From an uncultured delta proteobacterium (GTDB lineage Bacteria; Desulfobacterota; Syntrophia; Syntrophales; Smithellaceae), in the NCBI GenBank assembly GCA_963813455.1, contig CAWEZF010000008.1:1874-65873 (forward strand): a stretch of DNA of 64,000 bases. Reading direction: 5' to 3'. A program made the translations under genes and the position numbers. This document shows positions 1 to 9,728 of the stretch, in pieces (positions within the stretch are counted from its first letter, which is position 1; the number at the start of each line of letters is the position of its first letter). The notes under the pieces are model-generated. The model was given only the letters and a program-made list of their open reading frames with translations, ran no database searches and was not told the origin of the DNA.

Positions 1-130
1 GTTTTAGCAGAAAATCCCGGTTCTGTTGATTGGTTTGCAATTCTGCAGCTCTCCGGTAAAATTTGGCACCACTTTTTTCTATTAGAATTGCCGCCTCAAA
101 AATTTCATTGGCCGTAAAATCATAAGACAT
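1..130 (-). CDS. ferritin-like/rubrerythrin-family protein, N-terminal part only (gene continues past the left edge)
   Basis: ATG at 130 with GGAGGTG just upstream on the minus strand. Translation MSYDFTANEIFEAAILIEKSGAKFYRRAAELQ resembles the first helix of ferritin-like diiron proteins. Confidence 0.4.
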   Translation of the reverse strand, partial: MSYDFTANEIFEAAILIEKSGAKFYRRAAELQTNQQNRDFLLK

Positions 131-205
131 TAAACACCTCCTGTAATAAATGATAACTACTGATAAAGCTGATAAGAATTTCCCTCAGTATTTAGTTTTC
201 CCGGC

Positions 206-790
206 TCAGATTCGCTTGCGGATCCAGGTGATCAGTCTTCCCAGAACCGGGGCCTCTTCATAGATGATGCCCGTGTCCCAGTAATCCTGATGGAAAATGA
301 TTTTGCCCCGTTCGTCGAAGCGGACATGGGACATGCCCACGATCTGAATAGGTTCGTCTTTGCTGCGCCTCAATACCAGCGTCATAACCCAGCGGAAATA
401 ATAATTGCCTTCATGAACGGCGGCATCCTGGATGTCGAAAGTGCATTCCAAAAAGGCTTCCGTCGAGCTGACGAAATATTTTTCGATGGCGTCGATACCC
501 CGCACTTCCCGGAAGCCGTCGCGGAAATAGGCGTCCTCGCGGTAAAGGGCCCTCACATCGCCGCGAATTTTCTCCGCCGAGAAGACCCGATAGAATTCCT
601 TGAACTGATGGATAGCCTTTTTCTCCTCATTGGAGGCGGCTTTCATGGACGCGATTTGCCGCGGATCCGTCTTCTTAAGGGCTTCGTCATAATTCTTCAT
701 ATACGTTCCCTTTTGAGACGCATCGTATGAACAGGCGGAAAGTAGCATCAATCCAAGACCGATTGCAATCAGAACCTTATGGCGCATCAT
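206..790 (-). CDS. SnoaL-like / NTF2-fold lipoprotein
   Basis: 194-aa ORF with a lipobox-type signal (LMLLSAC). The body resembles SnoaL/NTF2-like polyketide-cyclase-fold proteins. Confidence 0.55.
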   Translation of the reverse strand: MMRHKVLIAIGLGLMLLSACSYDASQKGTYMKNYDEALKKTDPRQIASMKAASNEEKKAIHQFKEFYRVFSAEKIRGDVRALYREDAYFRDGFREVRGIDAIEKYFVSSTEAFLECTFDIQDAAVHEGNYYFRWVMTLVLRRSKDEPIQIVGMSHVRFDERGKIIFHQDYWDTGIIYEEAPVLGRLITWIRKRI

Positions 791-831
791 ATTTCCCTCC
801 TCTTTTTTTTCGAAACACGGTAAACATCCCT

Positions 832-1698
832 TTATCCTTTTAGACCGCTAAAGAAACTCCTGATGATCTCGATTGACTCCTTAGGCTTCTCCTGCGGGAT
901 GAGGTGACCGGCTCCATTTACCAGCGTGTAGGTTCCTTGGGCGAACATCCGGGTGGCCTTCTTCAGGTCTATGAAGGCCCGGTTTTCACTTTCTTCCCCT
1001 TCAATGACCAAGGTGGGGCATGACACCTTGGTCAAGAGCGGCCAGGGATTATAGCGTGAACCGCCCATGAATAATGATGCCTCGCGTTTTGGAGAACAGG
1101 CCAGTTGGAGACCTCCAGCATCAAGGCTCTTCATACCATATTTAATATACAGGTCGAGCATTTCTTCATCCCAATTCTTGAACAAAGCCTTTGAGCGCAG
1201 GTAGGAAAGCGCCTCGTTACGGTCGCTCCACAAGTCTTTGCGGCGGATGGCTTTGGAGGCAAGGGGATGGTTATCGATGGTTATCTGAACCTTGTAGAAG
1301 TCTTCCGGCAGAAAGATAGGCTCAAAAAAAATAAGGCCCCGTGTCTCTAATCCAACGGCGCTATTGGCCATCGTTATTACAGTGGCGCCCATGGAGTGTC
1401 CAACCATGAAAGGCCTGTCAAGACCGAGCTCTTTACAGAAATTTGCCAGATCCTCCGCGATGGTCAGCCAGCTCAAGCCTCCCTTTTCAGGGTCAGATTC
1501 CCTGTGGTCGCAAAAGTATGGTGCAATAATTCGCCATTCGGGGGCGAGCTCACGGGCAATGGGATGCCAAAGCCAGGGAAGGAAACCCGTGGCATGCATA
1601 AGAACAATAGTGGGACCATCACCCTCATAAAGAAGATATGATAGTTCTGCGTCACCGATATCCTGTTTCATCACACTGGGCATACGGTCATTTGACAT
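832..1698 (-). CDS. alpha/beta-fold hydrolase
   Basis: 288 aa with nucleophile elbow GHSMGA, HATG oxyanion region and a C-terminal GAGH motif. Confidence 0.75.
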   Translation of the reverse strand: MSNDRMPSVMKQDIGDAELSYLLYEGDGPTIVLMHATGFLPWLWHPIARELAPEWRIIAPYFCDHRESDPEKGGLSWLTIAEDLANFCKELGLDRPFMVGHSMGATVITMANSAVGLETRGLIFFEPIFLPEDFYKVQITIDNHPLASKAIRRKDLWSDRNEALSYLRSKALFKNWDEEMLDLYIKYGMKSLDAGGLQLACSPKREASLFMGGSRYNPWPLLTKVSCPTLVIEGEESENRAFIDLKKATRMFAQGTYTLVNGAGHLIPQEKPKESIEIIRSFFSGLKG

Positions 1699-1823
1699 AA
1701 AAATATCTCCTTAATAACAGAATAATTTTTAAATGTTTGCATACATTAAAAGCAGTATCACCCTCAAAGGGAAATGTATTTCTGTGTAAATGATGTAGAG
1801 GCATATTAAGAAACGACCCGCTC

Positions 1824-2408
1824 TTATTCGGGATTTAAATAAAGCGCATCCTCTAGATCTTTCCAGAACTGTTGTCTCTTTTCTGAGTTGGCAGGGGAAA
1901 GGGCGGGCAGTTCCAAAAATGGTGTTTTGATGCTTTCTTTAGCCAATTCCTCCTCCAGTATCTCAGCCATGATCCCCCGTAGAATAGGGTCTTTTTGGTT
2001 TTTTTCATATCCTTCTTCGCTGTTGGGCGACTCTGTGCCATACCGATTCACCTTGTGTCGACCCCAGTGGATACCGCAGGTGGGGCTGTTTTCCAGGCCG
2101 ATAAAGCAGCACAAGCGGTAGCTGTTCTTGAGGAATTCCCTGACCATGAGCATGGGCACCTGAAGCAACTCCTTGCAGTGGTTGCGGAAGAAGATGTTGT
2201 CGTATTGCTGGCGGCCCTGGGGATTGCGCATCAGGCCCATGGCCGTCGTCTCGGGACAGGGATACTGGATGATGCCGACGTTTCTTCGCAGGAGGTAGTC
2301 TGTTACCTCGATGGTCAAGGGGAAGTTCTGCCCCAGTACGTGTACGCGGCAATAAGGATTGATCAGGCACTGAGCGATGAGAATTATCTTCTTGTCTTTT
2401 TTGCTCAT
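1824..2408 (-). CDS. DUF523/TudS-like Cys-rich protein (putative Fe-S)
   Basis: 194 aa. The spacing of CLINP, CPE and SPTCG motifs recalls the three Cys ligands of DUF523 proteins. Assignment from memory only. Confidence 0.35.
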   Translation of the reverse strand: MSKKDKKIILIAQCLINPYCRVHVLGQNFPLTIEVTDYLLRRNVGIIQYPCPETTAMGLMRNPQGRQQYDNIFFRNHCKELLQVPMLMVREFLKNSYRLCCFIGLENSPTCGIHWGRHKVNRYGTESPNSEEGYEKNQKDPILRGIMAEILEEELAKESIKTPFLELPALSPANSEKRQQFWKDLEDALYLNPE

Positions 2409-2596
2409 ACTTTACCTCCTGGTGTCTTGCCTTTTCAGTGTAAGTATAATCTGCGCGTGGGTCAATGGAAATTTGCCCGCAATATATAATTCATGAAATT
2501 GGTGCGTCAAGATGGTCATTCATTGCCGGTGCGTCGAAGACACCGTACCAGCAATACCCGCTCAGATGACGATCAGATCATAGTCATAGGAAGGGC

Positions 2597-3433
2597 TCAT
2601 AAACACCCCTTGTTTTTCAGGGCGTGGACGACAAGAAAGGTGTTCCATTCATTGTCTTCATCGCCCCAAGACCCGTCCACGTTCTGAACCTCCGTTATGA
2701 TCGCAAGGGCCTTGATCCATTGCCGGTGCGCCGAATCGATGTGTAAGTGTGCTATCGCGTTGACGGTCTGGAAAAAAGGTATAGGGTCAGGCCAGCGTCC
2801 GGAAGGATCCTGTATTTCACCCAGATTATCGACCAGCGCGGCTGTCGCGGTATCTTGCGCATAGTCCGGATGGACGACCAATGAACGAAGGGCATTGCTG
2901 AGGTCCGGCCAGGCATCCCTGTTTCCCTTATTCTGAAGAGCCCACCGGGACAGGAGACTATAATGCGCCGCGACGCTGGAATCGCTTCTCCGCTGAAATA
3001 CCGCGGCGAGAAAAAGAACAACGCAGACCAGGGATAACTGCGGTTGACCCCGGGTAAAGGGCAGTTCTCGAAAACTGTCTGCCGCCAAGGCTTCCACAGG
3101 CTCCTGCGGATAAGTTAGGTCATGGTTCAAGATCCGCTTTATGACCCAATCCAGCGCCTTATCAATGTCTTCTGTCCTCTCGCGAAGAGTCAGGTGCAGG
3201 CCGAATAAACGCCGAACAGTTTCAAGGGGCGAGTCATTCCACGATCCATCCCCGGATTGACCTTTCCTCAAATACAGGACGGTTTCACGAAAATCATCCT
3301 GCCATCTTGACGTCTCCGGTTCACCGAGCCACTTCTGCCGGGCATAAAGTCCGACGGGTGTTTTGCTTGCCTTAAAAATTTGCAGAGGATTATGAAGCAG
3401 CTTAACACGTTTTGTATGCGCTCCCCGCTCCAT
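2597..3433 (-). CDS. prenyltransferase/terpene-cyclase-like alpha-alpha toroid repeat protein
   Basis: 278 aa with repeated DGSW/GRW motifs (GDGSWNDSP, PSGRWPD, VDGSWGDEDNEW). Confidence 0.4.
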   Translation of the reverse strand: MERGAHTKRVKLLHNPLQIFKASKTPVGLYARQKWLGEPETSRWQDDFRETVLYLRKGQSGDGSWNDSPLETVRRLFGLHLTLRERTEDIDKALDWVIKRILNHDLTYPQEPVEALAADSFRELPFTRGQPQLSLVCVVLFLAAVFQRRSDSSVAAHYSLLSRWALQNKGNRDAWPDLSNALRSLVVHPDYAQDTATAALVDNLGEIQDPSGRWPDPIPFFQTVNAIAHLHIDSAHRQWIKALAIITEVQNVDGSWGDEDNEWNTFLVVHALKNKGCL

Positions 3434-4133
3434 CTATTAACCTCTCCCAAGATCTTGAAAATTCGTAAGAACTCTTTCTTGAAAGCATGGAGTATAGAAA
3501 CGCTGTTTTCTAAGGTCAAGGTATATTTTTCATTGCAACTCGGGGGTAACGATAATGTATTCGGTTCGGTGGCGGTTTTTCTTGAGCAATCGGCTCATCA
3601 TTTAGGCACATCGCTCGTAGGAAAGATAATTTGAGACGCTATACGAGATCACACTTACAGAGTGTGGACCAGCGATTTCGGATTGAAGGAGTGCATAAAG
3701 AGGCTGATTGGAAAAAACAACAGTTCAGGAAGTAAGTCGCATTATCCTTCATCTGTAATTATTTAGAATATCAGAAAAAACGCCGGTTCATTGCCTGGTA
3801 TATTTAGGTGTAAGATTTTAATTCAAATAATTTTTTATTTTGCGTCGAAACGATGTGATAGAACTGATCCTGCGGGATGTAGATTTAGTGCACGTCGTCG
3901 TCGCGGCGGAAGAGAAAACGCGCCAGAATGATCAGTTAACGGCCTGATTGACCACGATTCCCGGTAGAATTAAAATTATGTCAGAGAGTTGTGCATGGTT
4001 CAGAACGAGGCGTTAAGTATAAAGGTATTTGGATTTTTTTAATGCCACACTACTTACAGAATTGATTAATAAATGATTTCTTGTTATATAGATTTAACAA
4101 AATTGATCGCTTCAAAATGATGGTAATAAAAAA

Positions 4134-4622
4134 ATGAAACAAGAAAATGTCCCCAGTAAGACAAGTAAGGGTGCGGTATTTATTCCTGAGCGATTAAAGC
4201 TGCTCGATAGCCTGGAGTATTTTTCTGTACTGGCAACACAGAATAAAAGTCAACCTTACACATCGCTCGTTAATTTCGCCATGACGGCTGACTGCAAGAC
4301 AATTATATTTGCCACACCAAGAAACACCCAGAAATACAGGAATATCATCAAAACAAAATCTGTAGCGCTTCTCATTGACAACAGGTCGAAAAAGATAAAA
4401 AATCTTATGGGTACGGAGGCCGTAACGGTGGTGGGGAATGCGCGTCCCGTAAAAAAAGGAAAATCAAGGGATGCTTTCGCTGGCATTTATATTAAAAAAC
4501 ACCCTGACTTGGCGGAATTTATAAACGCGCCATCTACAGCGCTTATTGTTGTAGAGGCAAAGCTATATTTACACGTGAGTCAGTTTCAAACTGTTTCTGT
4601 ATGGGATTGCGGGAGGAGGTAA
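4134..4622 (+). CDS. pyridoxamine 5'-phosphate oxidase-family FMN-binding protein
   Basis: 162 aa with a split-barrel-like pattern (VLATQNKSQPYTSLVNF...IIFATPRNTQKYRNI). Its stop lies 3 nt before the next gene. Confidence 0.55.
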   Translation: MKQENVPSKTSKGAVFIPERLKLLDSLEYFSVLATQNKSQPYTSLVNFAMTADCKTIIFATPRNTQKYRNIIKTKSVALLIDNRSKKIKNLMGTEAVTVVGNARPVKKGKSRDAFAGIYIKKHPDLAEFINAPSTALIVVEAKLYLHVSQFQTVSVWDCGRR

Positions 4623-4625
4623 ACC

Positions 4626-5891
4626 ATGAATAATGATATTAAAAATATCGGAATCATCGGGTCCGGCGTCGCCGGGCTTACCGTAGCTTATCTGTTGCAG
4701 AGAAAATACAACATCACACTGTTTGAAAAGAATGATTATATCGGAGGGCATACACACACTATTGTTATACCGGAAGGTCCGGATGCCGGGATACCGGTTG
4801 ATACCGGATTTATCGTGATGAACCACAAAAATTATCCTTTTTTTACCAGACTCTTGGAAACGCTCGGCGTGGAGCTGAGGGATAGCGTCATGTCTTTCGG
4901 ATATCATGACGAGGTCACCGGGCTTGAATACTCAAGCCTGCATTTCAATGGCCTGTTTGCCCAGCGCCGTAACCTCTTTAATCCCCGCTTCTATTCAATG
5001 CTTTTTGAGATTATGAGATTTTTCCGCGAAGCTCCTGTGGCGCTTGAGGAAGGAAAGCTCGCGGGGCTCACTCTGGGCGATTATTTCTCCAGAAACAACT
5101 TTTCCGCTTATTTCATTGAGCACCATATCTTGCCGATGGGTTGCGCTATCTGGTCCACGCCGACCAATACGATGCTCGATTTCCCCGCTGAGTCTTTTAT
5201 ACGTTTCTACAAGAACCATGGGCTACTTTCTGTGGGCGGTCAGCCGCAATGGCGCACCGTTGTCGGCGGTAGCCAGTCATACGTAAAAAAGATACTTAAT
5301 GATTTCAAAGGCAAGGTATATAATAATAAACAGATTACTTCGGTAAAGCGTATTGAGGGCGGCGTTACGGTTCTGGCGCAGGATGGCCAGCAATTCAATT
5401 TTGATGAGGTAGTTATTGCCGCGCATGCGGACGAAGCTTTTACCATGCTTGCGGACCCTTCCGCTGATGAGCGAAATTTCTTATCACCATGGCGTTATAA
5501 CAGGAACCACACGATTCTTCACACTGACTCTTCCGCAATGCCTCCAAACCGGCGTGCATGGTCAAGCTGGAATTTTATTCGCGAATCGGAAGGCGATAAT
5601 GCGCTTTCACTTACCTATAACATGAACCTGCTTCAGGGTCTTTCCGCAAAGGAGCAGTATTTTGTAACGCTTAACCGGCGCAAGCCCATTCCACGCAGTA
5701 AAATCATCGCCGAGATGCTCTACACGCATCCTATTTATACGGCTGATTCCATGAGCACTCAAAAAGATCTGCCATCGCTCAATGGTAAACTCAATACATG
5801 GTTTTGCGGCAGTTATTTCGGATACGGATTTCACGAGGACGCAGTCCGCTCAGCGGTGGCTGTTGCGCGGGATTTCGGTATAGAACTATGA
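4626..5891 (+). CDS. FAD/NAD(P)-binding amine-oxidase-like oxidoreductase (usual partner of DUF1365/CFA synthase)
   Basis: 421 aa with N-terminal GIIGSGVAGLTVAYLL dinucleotide fold and a strong GGAGGAGG RBS. Shares an ATGA overlap with the next gene. Confidence 0.8.
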   Translation: MNNDIKNIGIIGSGVAGLTVAYLLQRKYNITLFEKNDYIGGHTHTIVIPEGPDAGIPVDTGFIVMNHKNYPFFTRLLETLGVELRDSVMSFGYHDEVTGLEYSSLHFNGLFAQRRNLFNPRFYSMLFEIMRFFREAPVALEEGKLAGLTLGDYFSRNNFSAYFIEHHILPMGCAIWSTPTNTMLDFPAESFIRFYKNHGLLSVGGQPQWRTVVGGSQSYVKKILNDFKGKVYNNKQITSVKRIEGGVTVLAQDGQQFNFDEVVIAAHADEAFTMLADPSADERNFLSPWRYNRNHTILHTDSSAMPPNRRAWSSWNFIRESEGDNALSLTYNMNLLQGLSAKEQYFVTLNRRKPIPRSKIIAEMLYTHPIYTADSMSTQKDLPSLNGKLNTWFCGSYFGYGFHEDAVRSAVAVARDFGIEL

Positions 5892-7891
5892 ATTCCAGGA
5901 TTTGTCGCGGAACAATCATGCACCGGCGTCACTGGCCTGTAGAGCATCACTTCACATTTCCCTATTATTTTTATGTCTTCGATCTTGATGAACTAGACGA
6001 AATCAATGGCAGCGTAAAAATCTTCAACCACAATAAGTGGAACATCGTTTCGATTCATGACAAAGACTATCTCGCGGGCAGTGGTTCGATCAAGGAAAAA
6101 ATACTCCACTATCTACAGGGAGCCGGATACGCGGATGGAATCTTCCGCATTGAGCTCGTGACAAACGCGCGTTATTTTGGTTACGTGTTCAATCCCGTTT
6201 CATTCTATTATTGCTACCGCCAGGACGGAAGTGTGCATGCGGTTGTGGCAGAAGTTAACAATACCTACGGCGACAAACATCTCTATATCCTCGATAATAA
6301 AAGCGGGAAGAAATTCGTGCCGATTAAGATCACTCACGGCAAGGAATTTCACGTTTCTCCGTTTAACGATTTGAAGGGACATTACGAGTTCAGTTTTGAG
6401 GAACCAAAGGGTGCATTTCGCATCAGCATTACTTTGGTGCGTGATGAGGGAGTTATTTTGGAAGCGGTATTATCCGCCAAAGCTTCCCCCCTGACAAGCG
6501 CGACTCTCACCAAAACCATCCTCAAATACCCGATCACCTCGTTTGTCACGATTCCACGAATATTCATACAGGCTTTAAAGCTCTTTTTCATAAAGAGACT
6601 CAAGTTTAACGACAGGCCGGAGCCACCAAGCGCAATGACGATCAAACATGCAAGGACTACAGCGCCCCGAAAGCCCAATTCTATTCAGAAAACAAGGATG
6701 GTTATTGTCAAAAAAATCCTGTCCGGAGCTGACAAAGGATTACTGGAGATTGAGCTACCCGACCGATCGCGCTATTTTTTCGGAAAAGAGAGCTCCGGGC
6801 CTAAGCTTTCTCTGCGAGTGAAGAATTACCGATTTTTTAATCGCTTAATCTCATCCGGAGAGATCGGATTTGGCGAGTCTTATACAGCGGGAGAGTTTGA
6901 AACCGACGATCTGGTCGGGGTCATTTCTTTTTTCATCCAAAACAAGAAAGCGCTTGGCGATAGAGGGATGCTGGGAAGTATTCTGAATAAATCTGCGGAA
7001 TTCATAAGGCACCAGATCCTCGACAACACCAAAAGCCAAAGCAGGAAAAATATCCGTGCCCACTATGACCTTGGCAATGAATTTTTCCAGTTGTTTCTCG
7101 ACAAGAACATGATGTACTCCTGCGCGATTTTCAACGAACGGCAGGAAAGCATCGAATCTGCCCAAAGTAATAAAATCGATACGATCATCACCAAGGCCGG
7201 CATACGCGGTTCTGATCATGTGCTGGAGATCGGTTCAGGCTGGGGCGGTTTCGCCGTAGAAGCCGTAAAGCGAACCGGCTGTCGTATAACCACGATAACC
7301 ATATCGGAAGCGCAGAGACAATACGCCATTTCCCGCATCAAGGAGGCCGGTCTTTCGGAGAAAATTTCAGTGCAGCTCTGTGACTATCGTGAAGCCAGAG
7401 GTTTATTTGATGTGATTGTTTCGATCGAGATGCTTGAAGCGGTCGGGCATCAACACCTTCCCTCTTTTTTTCAGGCGTGCGAGAGGCTCCTCAAGCCATG
7501 TGGTATCGCGGTGATCCAAACGATTACCGTGCCCGACCAGAATTACGAAATATACCGTACCCATTCCGACTGGATACGCAAACACATATTCCCGGGTGGG
7601 CACCTTTCTTCCATAACGGCCATTGCCAATGCAATGACAACGAGTTCAAATTTTTACATTGAAGAACTACAGAGCATCGGGATGCACTACGCGCTTACCC
7701 TCGCCAAATGGAAGGAGCGATTTGTCGATAATCTCCCGCAAATATCAGCCCAGGGATTTGATGATTCCTTTGTGCGCAAATGGCTTTACTACTTTTCCGC
7801 ATGTGAAGCGGGATTTAGAAACAGAATTATCAATGACGTCATCATTAAGATCTCGCGAACGATGAACATGCGCCTTGAAGAACCATCTTAA
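5888..7891 (+). CDS. DUF1365 domain fused to a cyclopropane-fatty-acyl-phospholipid-synthase-type SAM methyltransferase
   Basis: Single open frame. Start set at ATG 5888 (MNSRICRGTIMHRRHWP, a DUF1365-type N-terminus). The C-terminal half has CFA-synthase features (GFGESYTAGEF, VLEIGSGWGGFA). Confidence 0.8.
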   Translation: MNSRICRGTIMHRRHWPVEHHFTFPYYFYVFDLDELDEINGSVKIFNHNKWNIVSIHDKDYLAGSGSIKEKILHYLQGAGYADGIFRIELVTNARYFGYVFNPVSFYYCYRQDGSVHAVVAEVNNTYGDKHLYILDNKSGKKFVPIKITHGKEFHVSPFNDLKGHYEFSFEEPKGAFRISITLVRDEGVILEAVLSAKASPLTSATLTKTILKYPITSFVTIPRIFIQALKLFFIKRLKFNDRPEPPSAMTIKHARTTAPRKPNSIQKTRMVIVKKILSGADKGLLEIELPDRSRYFFGKESSGPKLSLRVKNYRFFNRLISSGEIGFGESYTAGEFETDDLVGVISFFIQNKKALGDRGMLGSILNKSAEFIRHQILDNTKSQSRKNIRAHYDLGNEFFQLFLDKNMMYSCAIFNERQESIESAQSNKIDTIITKAGIRGSDHVLEIGSGWGGFAVEAVKRTGCRITTITISEAQRQYAISRIKEAGLSEKISVQLCDYREARGLFDVIVSIEMLEAVGHQHLPSFFQACERLLKPCGIAVIQTITVPDQNYEIYRTHSDWIRKHIFPGGHLSSITAIANAMTTSSNFYIEELQSIGMHYALTLAKWKERFVDNLPQISAQGFDDSFVRKWLYYFSACEAGFRNRIINDVIIKISRTMNMRLEEPS

Positions 7892-7908
7892 TTTGAAGGA
7901 GGTTTTCT

Positions 7909-8316
7909 TTAGAGCAAACGTGTCGCGATAAAGTAACCGGCCGTTGTTACTATGCACGACAATAATGCGCCCCAGGCCATATCAACCAAAGCCACTTTAA
8001 GTGGAAAATCTTTCATGGTGGCGTAATTCGTAAGATCGTACGTTGCGTAAGTCACGAAACCGAACAGGGCTCCCGAAATGGCGGCATGCACAACAGAGCC
8101 CTTGACCACGGAAGGCACGATCGCAAAATACACGATTCCGGCGATGAATATGAGATAGAAGATTATCGCGCCGGGCCAGTTAACGTTAGGGCGCAGCAAA
8201 CTGCCGATATGCGAACGATAAAAACCACGCGCTACCAACCCGATCCAGATCATATCAACCGTGAAGAACACTATCGCTGATGAAAAATAAAGTTTAACAA
8301 TAAACCAAAAAGTCAT
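7909..8316 (-). CDS. DUF2177 family membrane protein
   Basis: 135 aa, 4 TM segments, YATYDLTNYATMKDFP motif. Confidence 0.6.
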   Translation of the reverse strand: MTFWFIVKLYFSSAIVFFTVDMIWIGLVARGFYRSHIGSLLRPNVNWPGAIIFYLIFIAGIVYFAIVPSVVKGSVVHAAISGALFGFVTYATYDLTNYATMKDFPLKVALVDMAWGALLSCIVTTAGYFIATRLL

Positions 8317-9119
8317 GATGCACCTCCTTCTTTATTGCGGATATTTTTCGGAAACCAGGGGATGAAAACACTCGTTCTTTTTTTATAAGCCTCGAAAGCC
8401 GCATCGCCCGCCATGCCTCGCTCGGTCATGGGTATACCGGAGACGAAGAGAATTAGGAAAGATATGACGAGTGGTCCGGCGACACCCATGTAGCCAAACG
8501 GTGACGAAAGCGCTATCACGAATATTCCCCACCACATCGTGACTTCGCCAAAATAGTTTGGATGGCGGGTATAGCGCCAGAGACCACTTTCCATTACTTT
8601 GCCGCGGTTGGCCTTATCTTTCAAAAAGCGGTCAAGCTGCCAGTCGCCGGTTGTTTCAAAAATAAATCCGGTCAGCCAGATTGCTAAACCTATTCCATCC
8701 AGCCAGTTAATCTGCCCGCTTTTTTGCGAATTGATAATTAGCACCGGTGATACATTTACCAAAAGGAGAAGTCCCTGCAGAATGAAAACCTGAAAAAAGC
8801 TTCTTAAAAGAAACAACCGCCCCCATTCATCGCGCCACTTTTTATACCGCCAGTCTTCACCACGCCCCCTGTTCCTCAAAAAAATTCTAATACCCAGTCT
8901 AGCCCCCCATATTGTCAGGAGAGTGATAACCAGAAGATTACGCGGTCCAAAAGCTTCATGATAAAACAAGGCCGCAACTCCGGCTAGAATAAAGCCAGGT
9001 CCCCAGGCGATATCTGCTATGCTGTTGTTGGAGAGAAGCATCGAGAGAATGAAAAGTATGATCATATAAGATCCTACTGCAACGCCGGCGACGGCAAAAG
9101 ATAATAAAATTTGATCCAC
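8313..9119 (-). CDS. DUF1295 / steroid-5-alpha-reductase-like membrane protein
   Basis: 268 aa polytopic protein with RYTRHPNYFGE...WWG motif. 4-nt overlap with the DUF2177 gene. Confidence 0.7.
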   Translation of the reverse strand: MDQILLSFAVAGVAVGSYMIILFILSMLLSNNSIADIAWGPGFILAGVAALFYHEAFGPRNLLVITLLTIWGARLGIRIFLRNRGRGEDWRYKKWRDEWGRLFLLRSFFQVFILQGLLLLVNVSPVLIINSQKSGQINWLDGIGLAIWLTGFIFETTGDWQLDRFLKDKANRGKVMESGLWRYTRHPNYFGEVTMWWGIFVIALSSPFGYMGVAGPLVISFLILFVSGIPMTERGMAGDAAFEAYKKRTSVFIPWFPKNIRNKEGGAS

Positions 9120-9728
9120 AAATAACCTCCTGAAAAATATTTCAGCGCTCTATTTTTTACTCAACTTTAACTCTAAACACTCCAATTATTATGGGGACTA
9201 GGATCTTTCTTCTCCAAATGAAGTAGCGCATAATATTCCCATTGATAATATTGCCGATTCTAAATAGTTTAGACAAGCTTTGTTTAGATCCAAATAATAA
9301 CCCAACAAATTTAGTTTTTATTTATAAAACTTACTGATTGTAACATAGCATAAAAGCGGAAATTGAGAAACTGTGGCTTTCAGGAAGAATCTAATGCTGC
9401 ACCTACAATTCAATAAGTCTTAAGAATAAATATTTTGATGATTTACGTTTGAAATGCCTAACGAATAAATCAGCAAGCCTATCGCTCATTTTTTCATAAA
9501 ATTATTTTTTGGTGTCACCAGGTGACCCAAGCGTGAAATCAGGTGCTATGTCTCCGAATTTCAGTATCGAGTTCATTGTAATCTGCTTTTCTCTTCAAGT
9601 CTGCCTAGAGATTGCTCGCGATGCGATTGGAGGAAACACCTCAAGCACCGGTATCACGCCCGTCGTCATCGAGCTCTGCAGCGTGGGCTGTAAGTATTAC
9701 GATATAGTAATCAAAACCCTTTCCCCGG

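Noticed and set aside
3640-4070. Hairpin CACACTtacagAGTGTG (3650-3666) and a similar CACACTACTTACAGA at ~4047 in the 700-bp gap before the PNPOx-like gene
   Set aside because: Two loosely similar 12-15-mers are not enough to call a regulatory site. No riboswitch-like conserved core was recognised.
5798-5887. 30-codon N-terminal extension of the DUF1365::CFA ORF in the track
   Set aside because: The extension lies inside the upstream FAD-oxidoreductase gene. The ATG at 5888 gives the canonical DUF1365 N-terminus and an ATGA stop/start overlap.
9514-9526. Perfect palindrome GTCACC-A-GGTGAC
   Set aside because: It is a single short palindrome in a 600-bp AT-rich spacer, with no second copy and no adjacent regulator. 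That is too little to call an operator.
9540-9728. Possible response-regulator receiver remnant on the minus strand (..DYYIVILTAHAAELDDDG..)
   Set aside because: Only about 25 residues are suggestive, the frame breaks immediately, and I cannot distinguish this from chance without a search.
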